Of a DNA stretch of 64,000 nucleotides, positions 49,120 to 61,840 are shown in pieces. Made by a program: the position numbers and the translations under genes. Within the stretch, counting starts at the first letter, position 1, and the number at the start of each line of letters is the position of its first letter. The notes below the pieces were generated by a model, which was not told the origin of the DNA, did no database searches, and saw only the letters and a program-made list of their open reading frames with translations. The DNA comes from Malacoraja senta (taxonomy: Eukaryota): the NCBI GenBank assembly GCA_038087875.1, contig CM075995.1, forward strand, positions 1,180,001 to 1,244,000, in the 5' to 3' direction.

Positions 49120-50090
49120 AACATAAAAACATCGAAAATAGATGCAGCCGTAGGCCGTTCGGACCTTCAATCGACAATAGACAATAGGTGCAGGAGTAGA
49201 CCATTCGGCTCTTCGAGCCAGCACCGCCATTCAATGTGATCATGGCTGATCATCCCCAATCAGTTCCTCCTTCCTGCCTCCTCCCCATATCCCCTGACTC
49301 CGCTATCTTTAAGAGCCCTATCTAGCTCTCTCTTGAAAGTATCCAGAGAACTGGCCTCCACCGCCCTCTGAGGCAGAGAATTCCACAGACTCGCAACTCT
49401 CTGTGTGAAAAAGTGTTTCCTCGTCTCCGTTCTAAATGACTTACCCCTTATTCTTAAACAGTGGCCCCTGGTTCTGGACTCCCCCAACATCGGGAACATG
49501 TTTCCTGCCTTTAGCATGTCCAAACCCTTAATAATCTTATATGTTTCAATAAGATTCCCTCTCATCCTTCTAAACTCCAGAGCATACAAGCCCAGCCGCT
49601 CCATTTTCTCAGCATATGACAGACCCGCCATCCAGGGAATTAACCTTGTAAACCTACGCTGCACTCCCTCAATAGCAATAATGTCCTTCCTCAAATTAGG
49701 GAACCAAAACTGCACACAATACTCCAGGTGTGGTCTCACTAGGGCCCTATACAACTGCAGAAGGACCTCTTTGCTCCTATACTCAACTCCTCTTGTTATG
49801 AAGGCCAACATGCCATTCGCTCTCTTCACTGCTTGCTGTACCCGCATGCTTACTTTCATTGACTGATGAACAAGGACCCCCAGATACCGTTGTACTTCCC
49901 CTTTTCCTCTTCGATGTGATCATGGCTGATCATCCACAATCAATACACCATTCCTGCCTTTTCCTCATACCCCCTGATTCCACTATCCCGAAGAGCTCTA
50001 TGTAACTCTCTTTTGAATGCATCCAGTGAATCGGCCTCCACTGCCTTCTGAGGCAGAGAATTCCACAAATTCACAACTCTCTGGGTGAAA
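49120..50090 (-). mobile_element. Stacked CR1 3' fragments
   Basis: ORF 49260-49859 is a CR1 C-terminus; additional tails at 49120-49170 and 49912-50090. Confidence 0.9.
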
Positions 50091-50094
50091 ATGG

Positions 50095-50437
50095 CCTGGA
50101 GTTGGCGCTTCTTCTCCTTGCTGGCTGTCGGCCGCTGCTCCAGGGTGTCCCCGGATGTACCCGGCTGCCCCAGGGTTCGATCCTGGCTGCGGATGAGGCG
50201 CGGGTCTGTGTGCACGCTCTCCCCTGTCTCCCACTCACATCTGCCCCCTCTCTCTCGCTGTTGCACCCCGGTCTCCCGCCTGGCACCCCCTGTTCCTCAG
50301 ATTATATATGTTTTTACGCATGAATTATGAATAAAGATAATAATTCATACACAGTTTATTCAGCCAGCTTTTCTTTGGCGAATGGCCTTTGACAAATCCC
50401 ATGATTCCTTGTGTTTTTCGGAATACCAAACTCGCTT
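50095..50437. mobile_element. Partial copy of the ISL2EU-like element at 58222-59155
   Basis: Ends GACAAATCCCATGATTCCTTGTGTTTTTCGGAATACCAAACTCGCTT|AT, the reverse complement of 58222-58270. Confidence 0.8.
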
Positions 50438-50784
50438 ATTCATTGAGTTGTAGAGTCATACAATTTATTCTGTGTACAAGGTGCAGGTAAGCGTCTCTAA
50501 CTTGCCATGTCTCCTCACTATAATCTAATGCCATTTTTCTTTCAGACACTTGGCCTGAACAAGAAGACAACAATGGAGAAGTAACTCGTCATTCAGTTTA
50601 TCTTGTGATCAGCAGCTCAGCTGCTGAGTGTTCCCATTGTTTAGAAATAGTTTTGAGGTTGAATCTGCACTCAGTGAGTCATTAGGCATGAACTCAGGCA
50701 GGGCAGAAGGAAATATTAACCCATGTGCCAGCTCCCAAATAGTGGCTTATGGGGAAGGTTGACTAATACGCACATTGAACAGAT

Positions 50785-51105
50785 TTAGTTTAATTTAGAG
50801 ATACAGCGCAGTTACACGCCCTTTGGCCCACCGAGTCCGCACCGACCATCGATCCCCGCATATTAACACTACTTTACACAGACTAGGGACAATTTTACAT
50901 TTATAAGAAGCCAATTAATCTTAAAAACCTGATCGTCTTGGTGTGTGGGAGGAAACCGAAGATCTCTGAGAAAACCCATGCGGTCACCGGGAGAACATAC
51001 AAACTCCGTACAGACAACAACCATAGTCGGGATCGAACCCTGGTCTCTGGTGTTGTAAACGCTGTAAGGCAGTAACTCTACCGCTGCACCACCATGCCAC
51101 CCTTG
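50785..51105 (-). mobile_element. tRNA-derived SINE, full length
   Basis: Reverse complement starts GGGTGGCATGGTGGTGCAGCGGTAGAG with box B GGTTCGATCC. Confidence 0.9.
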
Positions 51106-51504
51106 AGGGATAATGATGGCTACCGATGATGGAGATGTCTTGCGGTGTTTTGGCAGGTGTTACCAGATAAATGTTAAATAACCAAAAGCATGAGGCTATA
51201 CAGCTCCAATCTTCCGTGCTGTTGTGCATGCAGCATGGAGCTTGTATTTTTCATTGTGGAAACCAGTTGACGTTGCATTCTCAACCTTGAATAAGGACAA
51301 GCAGAAGGTACCCAATGTCAGAGTGTTCCAGTGGGAGCTGAGGCACCCACAATGTAACCTCTGATTGTCATAGGTTCATACATTGTAGGAGCAGAATTAG
51401 GCCATTTGGTCCATCAGATCTACTCTGCCATTTAAATCATGGCTGATCTATCTTTCCCTTTCAACCCAATTCTCCTGCCTTCTCCCCATAACCCCTGACA
51501 ACCT

Positions 51505-52365
51505 TTCTCTCAACTTCAGCAAGACAAAGGAGATAGTGCTCATCAACTTCAGGAAGCAAAGCGGTACACATACCCCAGTTTGCATTGATGGTGCCAAAGA
51601 TGTCAGAGTCAGACTGAAGAAGGGTCTCGACCCGAAATGTCTTCCATTCCTTCTCTCCAGAGATGCTGACTGTCCCGCCGAGTTACTCCAGCATTTTGTG
51701 TCTATCACCAACAACTTCTCCTGGACCACCCATATTGAAGCAACGACTAAGAAGGCACTCCAATGCCTATACTTCCTTAGAAGGCTAAAGAGGTTTGGCA
51801 TGTTCCCTACAACTCTCACCAACTTCTACAAATGCACCATAGAAAGCATTTTATTGGGATGCATCACAGCTTGGTTTGGGAACAGCTCCATCCAGGACCG
51901 TAAGAAATTGCAAAGAATTGTGGAACCAGCCCAGGGCATCACACAAACCAACCTCCCTTCTATTGATTCCATTTATACCCCTTGTGCCTCAGCAAGGCCA
52001 GCAGCATAAGAGTCTTTCCCTAGCCACTCACTCCTCTTCCATCAGGCAAATGGTATAAAAGTGTGAAAACGCATACCATCAGATTCCGGGACAGTTTCTT
52101 CCCAGCTGTTATCAGTCAACGGAATCACCCTACCACAACTAGAGAGCAGTCCTGAACTACTATCTGCCTTTGATTTCCCTCAGACTATCCTTGACCGGAC
52201 TTTGCTGGCTTTACCTTGCACTAAATTTTATTTCGTTATCACGTATCTATGCACTGTAAATGGATTGATTGTAATCATATATTATCTTGCTGCTGACTGG
52301 TTAGCACGCAACAAAAAACTTTTCACTGTACACGTGACAATAAACGAAACTTACAGTAACTAACT
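51505..52365 (+). mobile_element. Rex1-like LINE 3' fragment nested in a CR1 tail (51380-52800) and carrying a Penelope unit (51605-51705)
   Basis: KALQCLYFLRRLKRFG...TNFYKCTIESILLGCITAWFGN; CAATAAAC tail. Confidence 0.85.
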
Positions 52366-53069
52366 AAACACCCGTACTGAGTAAGAATCTATGAATCTCC
52401 ACCTAAAAACATCCGTTGGCTTGGCCTCCACGGCCTTTGAAGGCAATGAATTCCACCCTCTTACTAAATAAATTCCTCACCATCTCCTTCTAAAGGTACA
52501 CCCTTTTATCTGAGACTATGGCCTCTGTTCCAAGACTCTCCCATTAGTGGAAACATCCTCTCCACATTCACTCTATCAAGGCCTTTCACTATTCAGTAAG
52601 ATTCAATGAGGTTCCCCCTCATCCTAAACTCTAGCGAGTGCAGGGCCCAATGCCGTCAAACATTCATCATATGTTAACCAATCATTCCTGGGATCATTCT
52701 CGTAAACCTCCTCTGGACCCTCTCTAACGCCAGCACATCCTTCCTTAGATATGGGGCCCAAAACTGCTCACAATACTACAAATGCAGTCTAACCAGTGCC
52801 TTATTTGGGAGTATTACAGTATTGTGAGTCGTGGCTGCTGCTATGACTTTACTACCAGTGTTAAATGGAGCTTTATGTCACACCACTCCTGCAAATGACC
52901 AGAATTGCTGAGATGGTCATTCAGTTTCTCTTGTGTCCTTTTAGCTGGATCATCATGGCTCAGTATAGTAGCAATGGATTCAAAACATCATTGTTCACGC
53001 TGCACAGTTCCAGTAATACAAATCAACTGCGTGTTACTGCCCATTCCAATTAGCTAACACACTTGCACA

Positions 53070-53480
53070 ATGCTGCCTTACAGCCCCAGAGACCCGGGTT
53101 CAATCCTGACTATGGATGCTGTCTGTTTTTCTCCAGGTGCTCTGGTTTCCTCCCACATTACAATGACGTGCAGGTTTGTCGGTTAATTGGCTTCTGTATG
53201 TTGTCCCTAGTGTGTAGGATAGAATTAGAGTATGGGTGATTGCCGGTATTGTTGGTGTGTATGCTCTCGAGCCAGTTGGAATGCAGAGAGTGGTGGGCAT
53301 ATGGAACGAGCTGCTAGAGGAGGTAATTGAGGCAGGTACTAAAACAACATTTAAAAAACATTTGGACAGGTACATGGAACATAGAGCGATATGTGCAAAA
53401 CGCAGGGAATTGGGACTGGCGTAGATGGGGCATCTTGGTTGGCAATGGTAATTTGGGCCAAAGGGCTGTATGACTATGAT
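53070..53480 (+). mobile_element. SINE fragment followed by CR1 3' fragment
   Basis: GGGTTCAATCCTGAC head; QRVVGIWNELLEEVIEAG. Confidence 0.75.
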
Positions 53481-54017
53481 ATTATACAGCCTACTATCAC
53501 TTTTGGGGAGTGTTTATTAATATTGTACGGCAAAACAAAAATGCTTTTATCTATACTGGCATAGTGTTTAGTTATTGACCATGACATAAGATCAAATCTT
53601 ACAGAGTTGGAACAGGTCTCAATCCTTCTCTTAAGATCTGCTCATGTGCTTGAATCCCACTCCATTTGTGAATGTTGCGGATGTAATCGAATTTTGTAAT
53701 TTGACAAGCCAGCTTGCTGGGTTGCTGTCACTGTAGTGCCACCAGTTCAATGCTTTTTTGTGTGAATTGCTCAGAAGACAGGGAATGAACATTTGGAACT
53801 TTGCTGAATGCACACAAAGTCCCCTACCACATATAGCATCAAGATCATGGAGAAATGCACTCTCATCGTGAAGAGAATGTTGCAAAATTTGACAGAATGC
53901 CTAGGCCAAATGACTTAAAAAAGGAAGTAGAAATAAAGAACTGCAGGTTTATACTGGCCGTGATTTGTTCTGGCCTTTTACTAACTCCAGTTACCCCCAC
54001 CCACCCCTCTACTTTCT

Positions 54018-54330
54018 GTCTGAAGAAGGGTTCTGACCCGAAACGTCACCCATCCTTTTTCTCCAAAGATGCTGCCTGACCTGCTGAGTTACTCCAGCAC
54101 TTTGTGTCTATCTTTGGTATGAACTTGTAGGAAGGAACTGTAGATGCTGGATAGACACAAAGTGCTGAAGTAACTCAGCGGGTCAAGCAGCATCTTTAGA
54201 GGAAAATAAATAGATGACGTTATGGTGTCTTCGGAATCTGAAGAAACACTCAACTCAAAATATCACCTATCCTTTTCTTCCAGAGATAGGTTACTATCTA
54301 ACTGAGTTACTCGAGCACTTTGAGTCTATC
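54018..54330. mobile_element. Cluster of three Penelope terminal units (+, -, +)
   Basis: Intact CTGAAGAAGGGTTCTGACCCGAAACGTC at 54020-54047, inverted copy ~54128-54225, degenerate copy ~54237-54330. Confidence 0.8.
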
Positions 54331-55403
54331 TTAACTTAAAAATAAATATGTACATACAATATTTAATTCATGAGATTAGAAGCAGATGAGCGTATATATT
54401 TTTAACGTTAGTTCAGTTCCAGTGCAGTACAATGAAGGAGAAACGAAGCAATGTTGTAGTGTTGTTGCCTCTACTTAAGAAAGTCTAGGTTCCTTGCCAT
54501 GTTTGGAATACATTATCTAAGCAACCATTATTGAGGGAATGAGGGAATGCTGAACAACAAGTACTCCCAGTTTCTCCAGCATTTTTGTGTACCTTCGATT
54601 TTCCAGCATCTGCAGTTCCTTCTTTAACACAAGTACTCCCAGTTTCCTGGCCAACGTTTATTTTCTGGTCAATAGATTTGTTAGGCATTTAAACTAAGCC
54701 TTTGGCTGTGAAGTCCTGAGAAGGAAGCTAAATCATGTTCTTGTTCATTGAGGATAGTTCCACAGTAATGGCACACAACCTTTAATTATCCATTATAACA
54801 AAAATAACTAAGTAACACATGTCTTCAATAAACTAAAAGGTAGTCTCCAAAACCCTGCAGGCACCACAGCAGGAACGGGATAGTCTAATTCTGGCACAGT
54901 GGCTAGAATGTCTGGATCTTTTAAAGAGTCACCGAGTGTTGGATTGCAGGCAACTTTGCTGGAGACAACAGGAATCCTTCTTGCACTAGTTTCCCCGTGT
55001 AAATTGCCATAAAATATCACAGTGCATTATTTTAAATGTATTTACTGAATGTATTCTTCCATCACTAATGTTTTGGTTGGGCTTGTGGAATCTTGTATCG
55101 TAACAAAGAAAAGGTAACAAAGAAGGAACTGCAGATGCTGGTTTACATTCGAAGATAGACACAAAATGCTGGAATAACTCAGCGGGCCAGGCAGCACCTC
55201 TGCAGAGAAGGAATGGGTGATGTTTCAGGTTGCGACCTTTCTTCAGACTGAGCATGGTTGACCACTTTCCACAATGAACAGTTTCATGCCATCAGAAACA
55301 TTGATGTGCTGTGAATTGCAAATGCTAATTTATACCAGATAGGCACAAAGTGCTGAGTAACTCAGCGGTTCAGGCGGCATCTCTGAGAAAAAGGACGGGT
55401 GAC

Positions 55404-56592
55404 AGAAACATAGAAAATAGGTGCAGGAGTAGGCCATTCGGCCCTTCGAGCCTGCCCTGCCATTCAATATGATCATGGCTGATCATCCAACTCAGTATCC
55501 TGTACCTGCTTTCTCTCCATACCCCCTGATCCCTTTAGCCACAAGCGCCACATCTAACTCCCTCTTAAATATAGCCAATGAACTGGCCTCAACTACATTC
55601 TGTGGCAGAGAATTCCAGAGATTCACCACTCTCTGTGTAAAAAATGTTTTTCTCATCTCAGTCCTAAAAGATTTCCCCTTTATCCTTAAACTGTGATCCC
55701 TTGTTCTGGACTTCCCCAACATAGGGAACAATCTTCCTGCATCTAGCCTGTCCAACCCCTTAAGAATTTTGTAAGTTTCTATAAGATCCCCCCTCGAAAA
55801 ATCTTCTAAATTCTAGCGAGTACAAGCCGAGTCTATCCAGTCTTTCTTCATATGAAAGTCCTGACATCCCAGGAATCAGTCTGGTGAACCTTCTCTGTAC
55901 TCCCTCTATGGCAAGAATGTCCTTCCTCAGATTAGGAGACCAAAACTTTACGCAATACTCCAGGTGTGGTCTCACCAAGACCCTGTACAACTGCAGTAGA
56001 ACCTCCCTGCTCCTATACTCAAATCCTTTTGCTATGAATGCTAACATACCATTTGCTTTCTTCACTGCCTGCTGCACCTGCATGCCTACTTTCAATAACT
56101 GGTGTACCATGACACCCAGGTCTCGTTGCATCTCCCCTTTTCCTAATCGACCACCATTCAGGTAATAGTCTACTTTCCTGTTTTTGCCATCAAAGTGGAT
56201 AACCTCACATTTATCCACATTACACTGCATCTGCCATGCATTTGCCCACTCACCCAGCCGATCCAAGTCATCTTGCAGCCTCCTAGCACCCTCCTCACAG
56301 CTAACACTGCCCCCCAGCCTCGTGTCATCTGCAAACTTGGAGATGTTGCATTCAATTCCCTCGTCCAAATCATTAATATATATTGTAAATAGCTGGGGTC
56401 CCAGCACTGAGCCTTGCGGTACCCCACTAGTCACTGCCTGCCATTCTGAAAAGGACCCGTTTACTCCTACTCTTTGCTTCCTGTCTGCCAGCCGGTTCTC
56501 TATCCACATCAATACTGAACCCCCAATACCGTGTGCTTTAAGTTTGTATATTAATCTCTTATGTGGGACCTTGTCGAAAGCCTTCTGAAAGT
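55404..56592 (-). mobile_element. CR1 3' portion, same young subfamily as 20416-23648, inserted into an inverted Penelope pair
   Basis: ORF 55760-56512 ([15 protein letters not shown]) is nearly identical to 22490-23648. Flanked by Penelope units at 55335-55403 and 56603-56755. Confidence 0.95.
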
Positions 56593-56974
56593 CAATTGTG
56601 AAGTGACATTTCGGGTCGGAATCCTGGAGTCTGTAGAAGGGTCCTGACTCGAAACGTGACCAAAGTATTTTTCTCCGGAGATGCTGCCTGACCTGCTGAG
56701 TTACTCCAGCACTTTGTGCCTATCTGGTATAAAGTAGCATCTGCAATTCTTTGTTTCTAGATACATTGATGAGCCAGGCAATTATCATTCAAGTACAAAA
56801 CTCTGACTTTCTGGTTGCAAAAAGGGGCATGTACATGCTCTGGGAGCAAGATAATGATTGTAAGCATTTTACAGAAAATTAATGGTTTCTCCCATAGTTC
56901 TTTCCAAAAGGTTGTGCTACCTTTCAATAGCTTAACCAATGGCATAATGTTGATTATGGAACCATTTTTTAAAG

Positions 56975-57215
56975 TTTAGAGATACAGCATGGAAACAGGC
57001 CCTTTGGCTCACCGAATCCGTGCTGTCCAAAGATCATTGGGGGCAATGTACAGAAGCCAATTAACCTTAAAACCTGCATGTCTTTGGAATGTGGGAGGAA
57101 ACCAGAGCACCCAGAGAAAACCCACCTGGTCATAGGGAGAAAGTACAAACTCTATACAGACAGCAATCATAGTCAGGATCGAACTCGGGACTCTGAGGCT
57201 GTAAGGCAACAAATC
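56975..57215 (-). mobile_element. tRNA-derived SINE
   Basis: Reverse-complement SINE core and tail. Confidence 0.8.
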
Positions 57216-57587
57216 TATTGTCTCTCTGAATTCAAGATCAAGATCAAGATACATTTATTTGTTACATGTACCAATTGGTATCGTGTAAAGCAGATTGCTG
57301 CCAATAATGGAAATGTTTTAAAAGCTAAAGCTAAGTCTGCTTGTGATCGCAGTCATGGAGAGAAAAAAAACAGAGGACAAATACATATCTAACATCCAGT
57401 CTCTGACCTCCTGCATTTTAACATGAGCTAACTTGTTACTTTGAGTCCCATGGAAAATAATTCTGTGCCAAGTACTCCAGGACAGATATGAATGGCACAT
57501 AACAAGTTTATTCCTTGGTTTCCTTCTGGCCAGTAACTGGCAACAAAACAAACAGGCAATTGGCTCACCTTGCCCGACTTTTTAGTG

Positions 57588-57852
57588 CAGTTTAGTTCAG
57601 AGATACAGTGTGGAAACAGGCCCTACGGCCCACTGAGTCCGCGTCGAACGGCAATCACCCGTACACTAATTCTATTATACACACTAGGGACAATTTACAG
57701 AAGCCAATTAACCATCAAACTTGCACGTCATTGAAATATGGAAGGTAACCAGAGCACCTGGAGAAAAACAGACAGCATCCGCTGTTAGGATTGAACCCGG
57801 GTCTCTGGGGCTGTAAGGCAGCAACTTTCCTGCTGTGCCACAGTGCTGCCCA
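57588..57852 (-). mobile_element. tRNA-derived SINE
   Basis: Reverse-complement head GGGCAGCACTGTGGCACAGC, box B GGTTCAATCC. Confidence 0.85.
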
Positions 57853-58221
57853 CTGTGCTTGACTCATTCACCTTCATCCTACCTGACCCCACTGAACTCA
57901 GCCTGCAGTACAACAGATTTCCTTATACAGATTTGTACTTGACCAATGCCTTCACTGCCAAGTTTGACAGTAAGTGTGTTGGCCGCTTTCGTGTTTTAGT
58001 GTAGAAAAAAAGGAACCTCAGATGCTGGTTTACAAAAGAAGGCACAGAGTGGTGGAGTTGCTCAACAGGTCAGGCAGCATCTCGTGAGAACATGGATAGG
58101 CGACATTTCGGGTCGGGACCTTTCTTCAGACGGATTGTAGGAGGGGAAAGAAAGCTAGAAGAGAGGAAGAGTAGGACAAAGCCTGACAGTTAACAGGCCA
58201 ACACAGATAAGGAGGGTTTAT

Positions 58222-59155
58222 AAGCGAGTTCGGTATTCCGAAAAATGCAAGGAATCATGGGGTTTGTCAGAGTTCATTCGAGAAAAAAGCGAATGGGGGT
58301 GCCATGTAGCGTGAGAGCGGGGTGTAACAGCGAGAGAGGGGGCAGATGCAAGTGGGAGACAGGGAGAGACTGGACCGACGGAGAGACGGTGAGAGGTGGG
58401 GGAGAGAGAAGGGGGTGAAAGACGTGCGGGTTTGTGTTTTGCTCACAGATGCGTTTAGTTTAACTTTCCGCGGGGAGTGCTGGGGTTTGCACGTTTGTTG
58501 CAAAGGCGAGCAATATCCCCCAGTCCATCCCTCCAGTCCGGGGCAGGGGGATGGGGAGGTGGGGACTGTCCTAGTGCCAGGGAGTTCTTGCAGAGACGGG
58601 ATGTCCGGTGCCTGCAGTGAAGCCGCGATAGCGAGTTCCTCTCTCCCCATCTCTCTTCCCATCCCTCTCCCCATCTCTCTCGCCATCTCTCTCCCCGCCG
58701 CCTCACCTTTACCCGCAGACAGGCGTCGCTCTGTAGGAAGGAACTGCAGATGCTGGTTTACACCGAAGGTAGACAGAACATGCTGGAGTAACTCAGCGGG
58801 ACAGGCAGCATCTTTGGAGAAAAGGAATATGTGACGTTTCGGGTCGAGACCCTTTAGAGATGTTGCTTGACCCGGTGAGTTACTGCAGCATATTGTGTGT
58901 TTCCCCATTGATGACTGGTGCTCGGCTTTCACCGGCACCCAGGGGTTAACCGACAGCCACTGGATAAAGCAAGAGAAGCAGTTGACGGTCCCCGGCCCAG
59001 TCGGGGAACGGGTTCCTCTGGAGTTGGAGCAGCGGCGGAGACCCGGTTCGATCCTGACTAGGGATGAAACGCAGGTCTGTATACACACTGCCGAGAATGT
59101 GTATCTCCAGTGACCTATGACCTGGGCATGCGCAGTCGGAATACCGAACTGGCTT
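58222..59155. mobile_element. Non-autonomous DNA transposon, ISL2EU/PIF-like, inserted in a minus-strand Penelope 3' end (~58000-59380)
   Basis: 20-bp TIRs AAGCGAGTTCGGTATTCCGA / TCGGAATACCGAACTGGCTT (one mismatch), AT on both sides. Contains a Penelope unit (58730-58900). Confidence 0.85.
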
Positions 59156-59837
59156 ATTGATAGTCAGATTATAGATGATTGGACAAAAAACAGAGATGAA
59201 CCAACAGAAGGTGTGAGACAAAAGGATTGAAGAGATGAATTGTGAAGCTAGAGGAAGGAATATAGGTGGAAGGCGGCGGGGGGGGAGTGTGGGGAGGAGT
59301 GAAATAGGTGTGAGTCCAGGTGGGGCATAGGGGAGGGTGGGGGAAAGAAGGAGAAGGGGTTACATGGGGGAAGTTGGCGTCATAGAGGTTAGGATCTAGA
59401 ATTCGCAACTCAGGAGGAAGACTGGACAGTTGAGGTAGAGTCGGGTTGGACAGCAATAGTGGAAATAGATTCAATTAAGACATTAAAAAATGAATTGTGT
59501 AAGTATGCATCAAAAAAGCTTCCCACTGTACCTCGGTACACCTGACAATAAACTAAACTAAATTATTTTAGGGAAAGAAAATCCAGTTCCTTGAGTAGAT
59601 GGCAAGGGAGTGTGATAACTGGATTATGCTTGCATAGAGTTGGCAGAACCTTGATGGACTGAATGACTTCCTTCTGCACTCTTTCTATGAATCTGTGAAA
59701 TAAAGACATGAGTTATCTGACATATGAATACATCTCAGGAGACATCTGTGAACTTCTACATTCTTAGAGTAATAGAGATTCAATTTCTATATTAAATATT
59801 GGTGCATTTTTAAACTTTTATCCCAGTCCTTATACTC

Positions 59838-60582
59838 GTCGTAGCCCCTCCCCCCCCTCGGTCATGACTGACCTTGGGTGATGCATCCTAGTTGTTGGCT
59901 GCTTGCTCCAAACCTCGGCTAGAGCAGCGTCGCTTGTGGCTGAAGAGACCAATGCGGGAGTGACAGTCTCCATCGCAAAGGTCACATTTGTGTGTGGTCT
60001 CTGGTTTGTTGAAGTTGCTGCGCTCCTTTCTGCGTGCCCGCTTGTCTGCCGCTGCGTTCATTGGTTTCTCTTCCCCCGTTTTGAGATGTTGGTTCAGGGT
60101 ACCTCTCCACCTCTTGCAGTCAGCTGCAAGGCTCTCCTAGGACTCCACTTCGATGTGGAGCGCCTTCATATCTCTCTTGCAGACATCCTTGTAACGTAGC
60201 TGGGGGCGGCCGATGGTTCTCCCAGATTTCAGCTCTCCATAGAGGATGTCTTTTGGGATACGGCCATCCTCCATGCGGTGGACATGGCCCAGCCACTGCA
60301 GTCTGCGCTCCCTGAGTAGAGTGTACATACTGGGAAGGCCAGCGCGAGACAGGATCTCGGCGTAGGACACTCTGTCTTGCCAGGATATGCCCAGTATACG
60401 GCGGATGCTAAGTTGAAAGGTGTCGAGTCTTTCCTGTCTGGCATATGTAGTCCAAGTCTCATTGCCGTACAGCAGCGTGCTGTTGACACAGACGTTGTAG
60501 GCTGCTATCTTTATCTTCACTGTTAACTTTGGGTTGGTCCACACTCGAGTTTTGAGGCGAGCGAGAGTTGTAGCTGCCTTCA
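59838..60582 (-). mobile_element. RTE (BovB-like) LINE 3' fragment
   Basis: STLLYGNETWT, RRILGISWQDRV, RRLQWLGHVHRMEDGRIPKDILYGEL, GRPQLRYKDVCKRDMK. Confidence 0.92.
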
Positions 60583-60639
60583 AATACATGATGACATGGG
60601 ATAGGCTGTGCAGCCCCTTGAATGAACTAAGATCATGAT

Positions 60640-61140
60640 GGGAATCGAAGACCAGAGGACATAGGTTCAAGGTGAAGGTGAAAAGATTTAATAGGAATTT
60701 GAGGGGTAACTTTTTTACAGAAAGGATGGTGGGTGTATGGAACAAGCTGCCAGAGGAGGTAGTTGAGGCTGGACTATCCCAACGTTGCAGAAACAGTTAG
60801 ACAGGTACATGGATAGGACAAGTTTGGAGGGATATGGACCTAGTGTAGCTGGTATATATTGGCCGGTGTGGGCTAGTTGGGCCAAAGGGCCTGTTACCAC
60901 ACTATCACTCTATGACTATCATCATCAGCATCATCATCATCATCATACTTTATTAGCCAAGTATGTTGTGCAACATATGAGGAAAGACGTACAGGTTTGT
61001 AGGTTAATTGGCTTGGTATAAATGTAAAATTGTCCCTAGTGTATGTCGGGTAGTGTTAATGTGTGGGGATCGCTGGTTGGTGGTGACTCGGTGGGCCGAA
61101 GGGCCTGTTTCCACGTTGTATCTCTAAACTAAACTAAATT
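60640..61140 (+). mobile_element. CR1 3' fragment, (CAT)n run and SINE 3' half
   Basis: ACCAGAGGACATAGGTTCAAGGTG...CTCTATGACTAT; SINE core 60985-61140 with (AAACT)n. Confidence 0.8.
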
Positions 61141-61474
61141 GAAATGAAAACCTTTGGATGATTAGGCAGTTCCAAAACAACTCCTCAATACTTCACAGTG
61201 CCTCAGAAAAGCAGCCAACAACATCAAAGACTTGTCCCTCTGCTTATTCCTTCTTCTGCTCCTGCCCGGCAGAAGGTACAAAAGCTTGAAAGCGTGCACC
61301 GCCAAACTCAGGAACAACTTCGTCTCCTCCGTAATCAAGCTTCTGAACAGCCATTCCATAAGCTAAGGTACTGTTTGATTCAACTCTACCCCATTGAGGA
61401 CATTAGACTTTATCGATGGAACTGATGCTCTACAATGCGCAACAATGCTGAGAACTATATTCTATACTCTTTCA

Positions 61475-61840
61475 CCTTTGCTCTATCTTTAGTATGAGTT
61501 TGAACTGACTGTGGTATGTCTGATCTGTTTGGATTTCACTGTAGCAATATCAATAAACCTAAACCTATTGCTCAGCTTTGAATATAGTTCTTATTTCCTA
61601 GCACCTTATTGCTGTGAACACTATGAATTCCTTTCAGAATCTGATATTTATTCTTTATTTTAGAGAAGATGTCTACCTTTTATAATCTATTCCATTAATG
61701 TAATAATTTAATTGGAAGCTGCTAACATTGTCTTTATGTCCCACTCTAGTCTGAAGAAGGGTTTCGACCCAAAACATCACTTATTCCTTTTCTCCAGAGA
61801 TGCTGCCTCACTCGCTGAGTTACTCCAGCTTTTTGTGTCT
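61475..61840 (+). repeat. Local duplication, copy 1 (~365 bp)
   Basis: Collinear with 62630-62990, including sequence not seen elsewhere in the window (GAACACTATGAATTCCTTTCAGAATCTGATATTTATTC). Confidence 0.92.

Noticed and set aside
50487..50586. Donor CAG|GTAAGC, acceptor TTTTTCTTTCAG and a possible 35-nt exon (50546-50580)
   Set aside because: The 59-nt intron is shorter than typical vertebrate minima, the downstream donor is weak, the peptide is not G-alpha-like and it would shift the frame.
58267..59088. 273-aa minus-strand ORF as a transposase
   Set aside because: It reads through a Penelope unit and simple repeats and has no recognisable DDE or DNA-binding motif.
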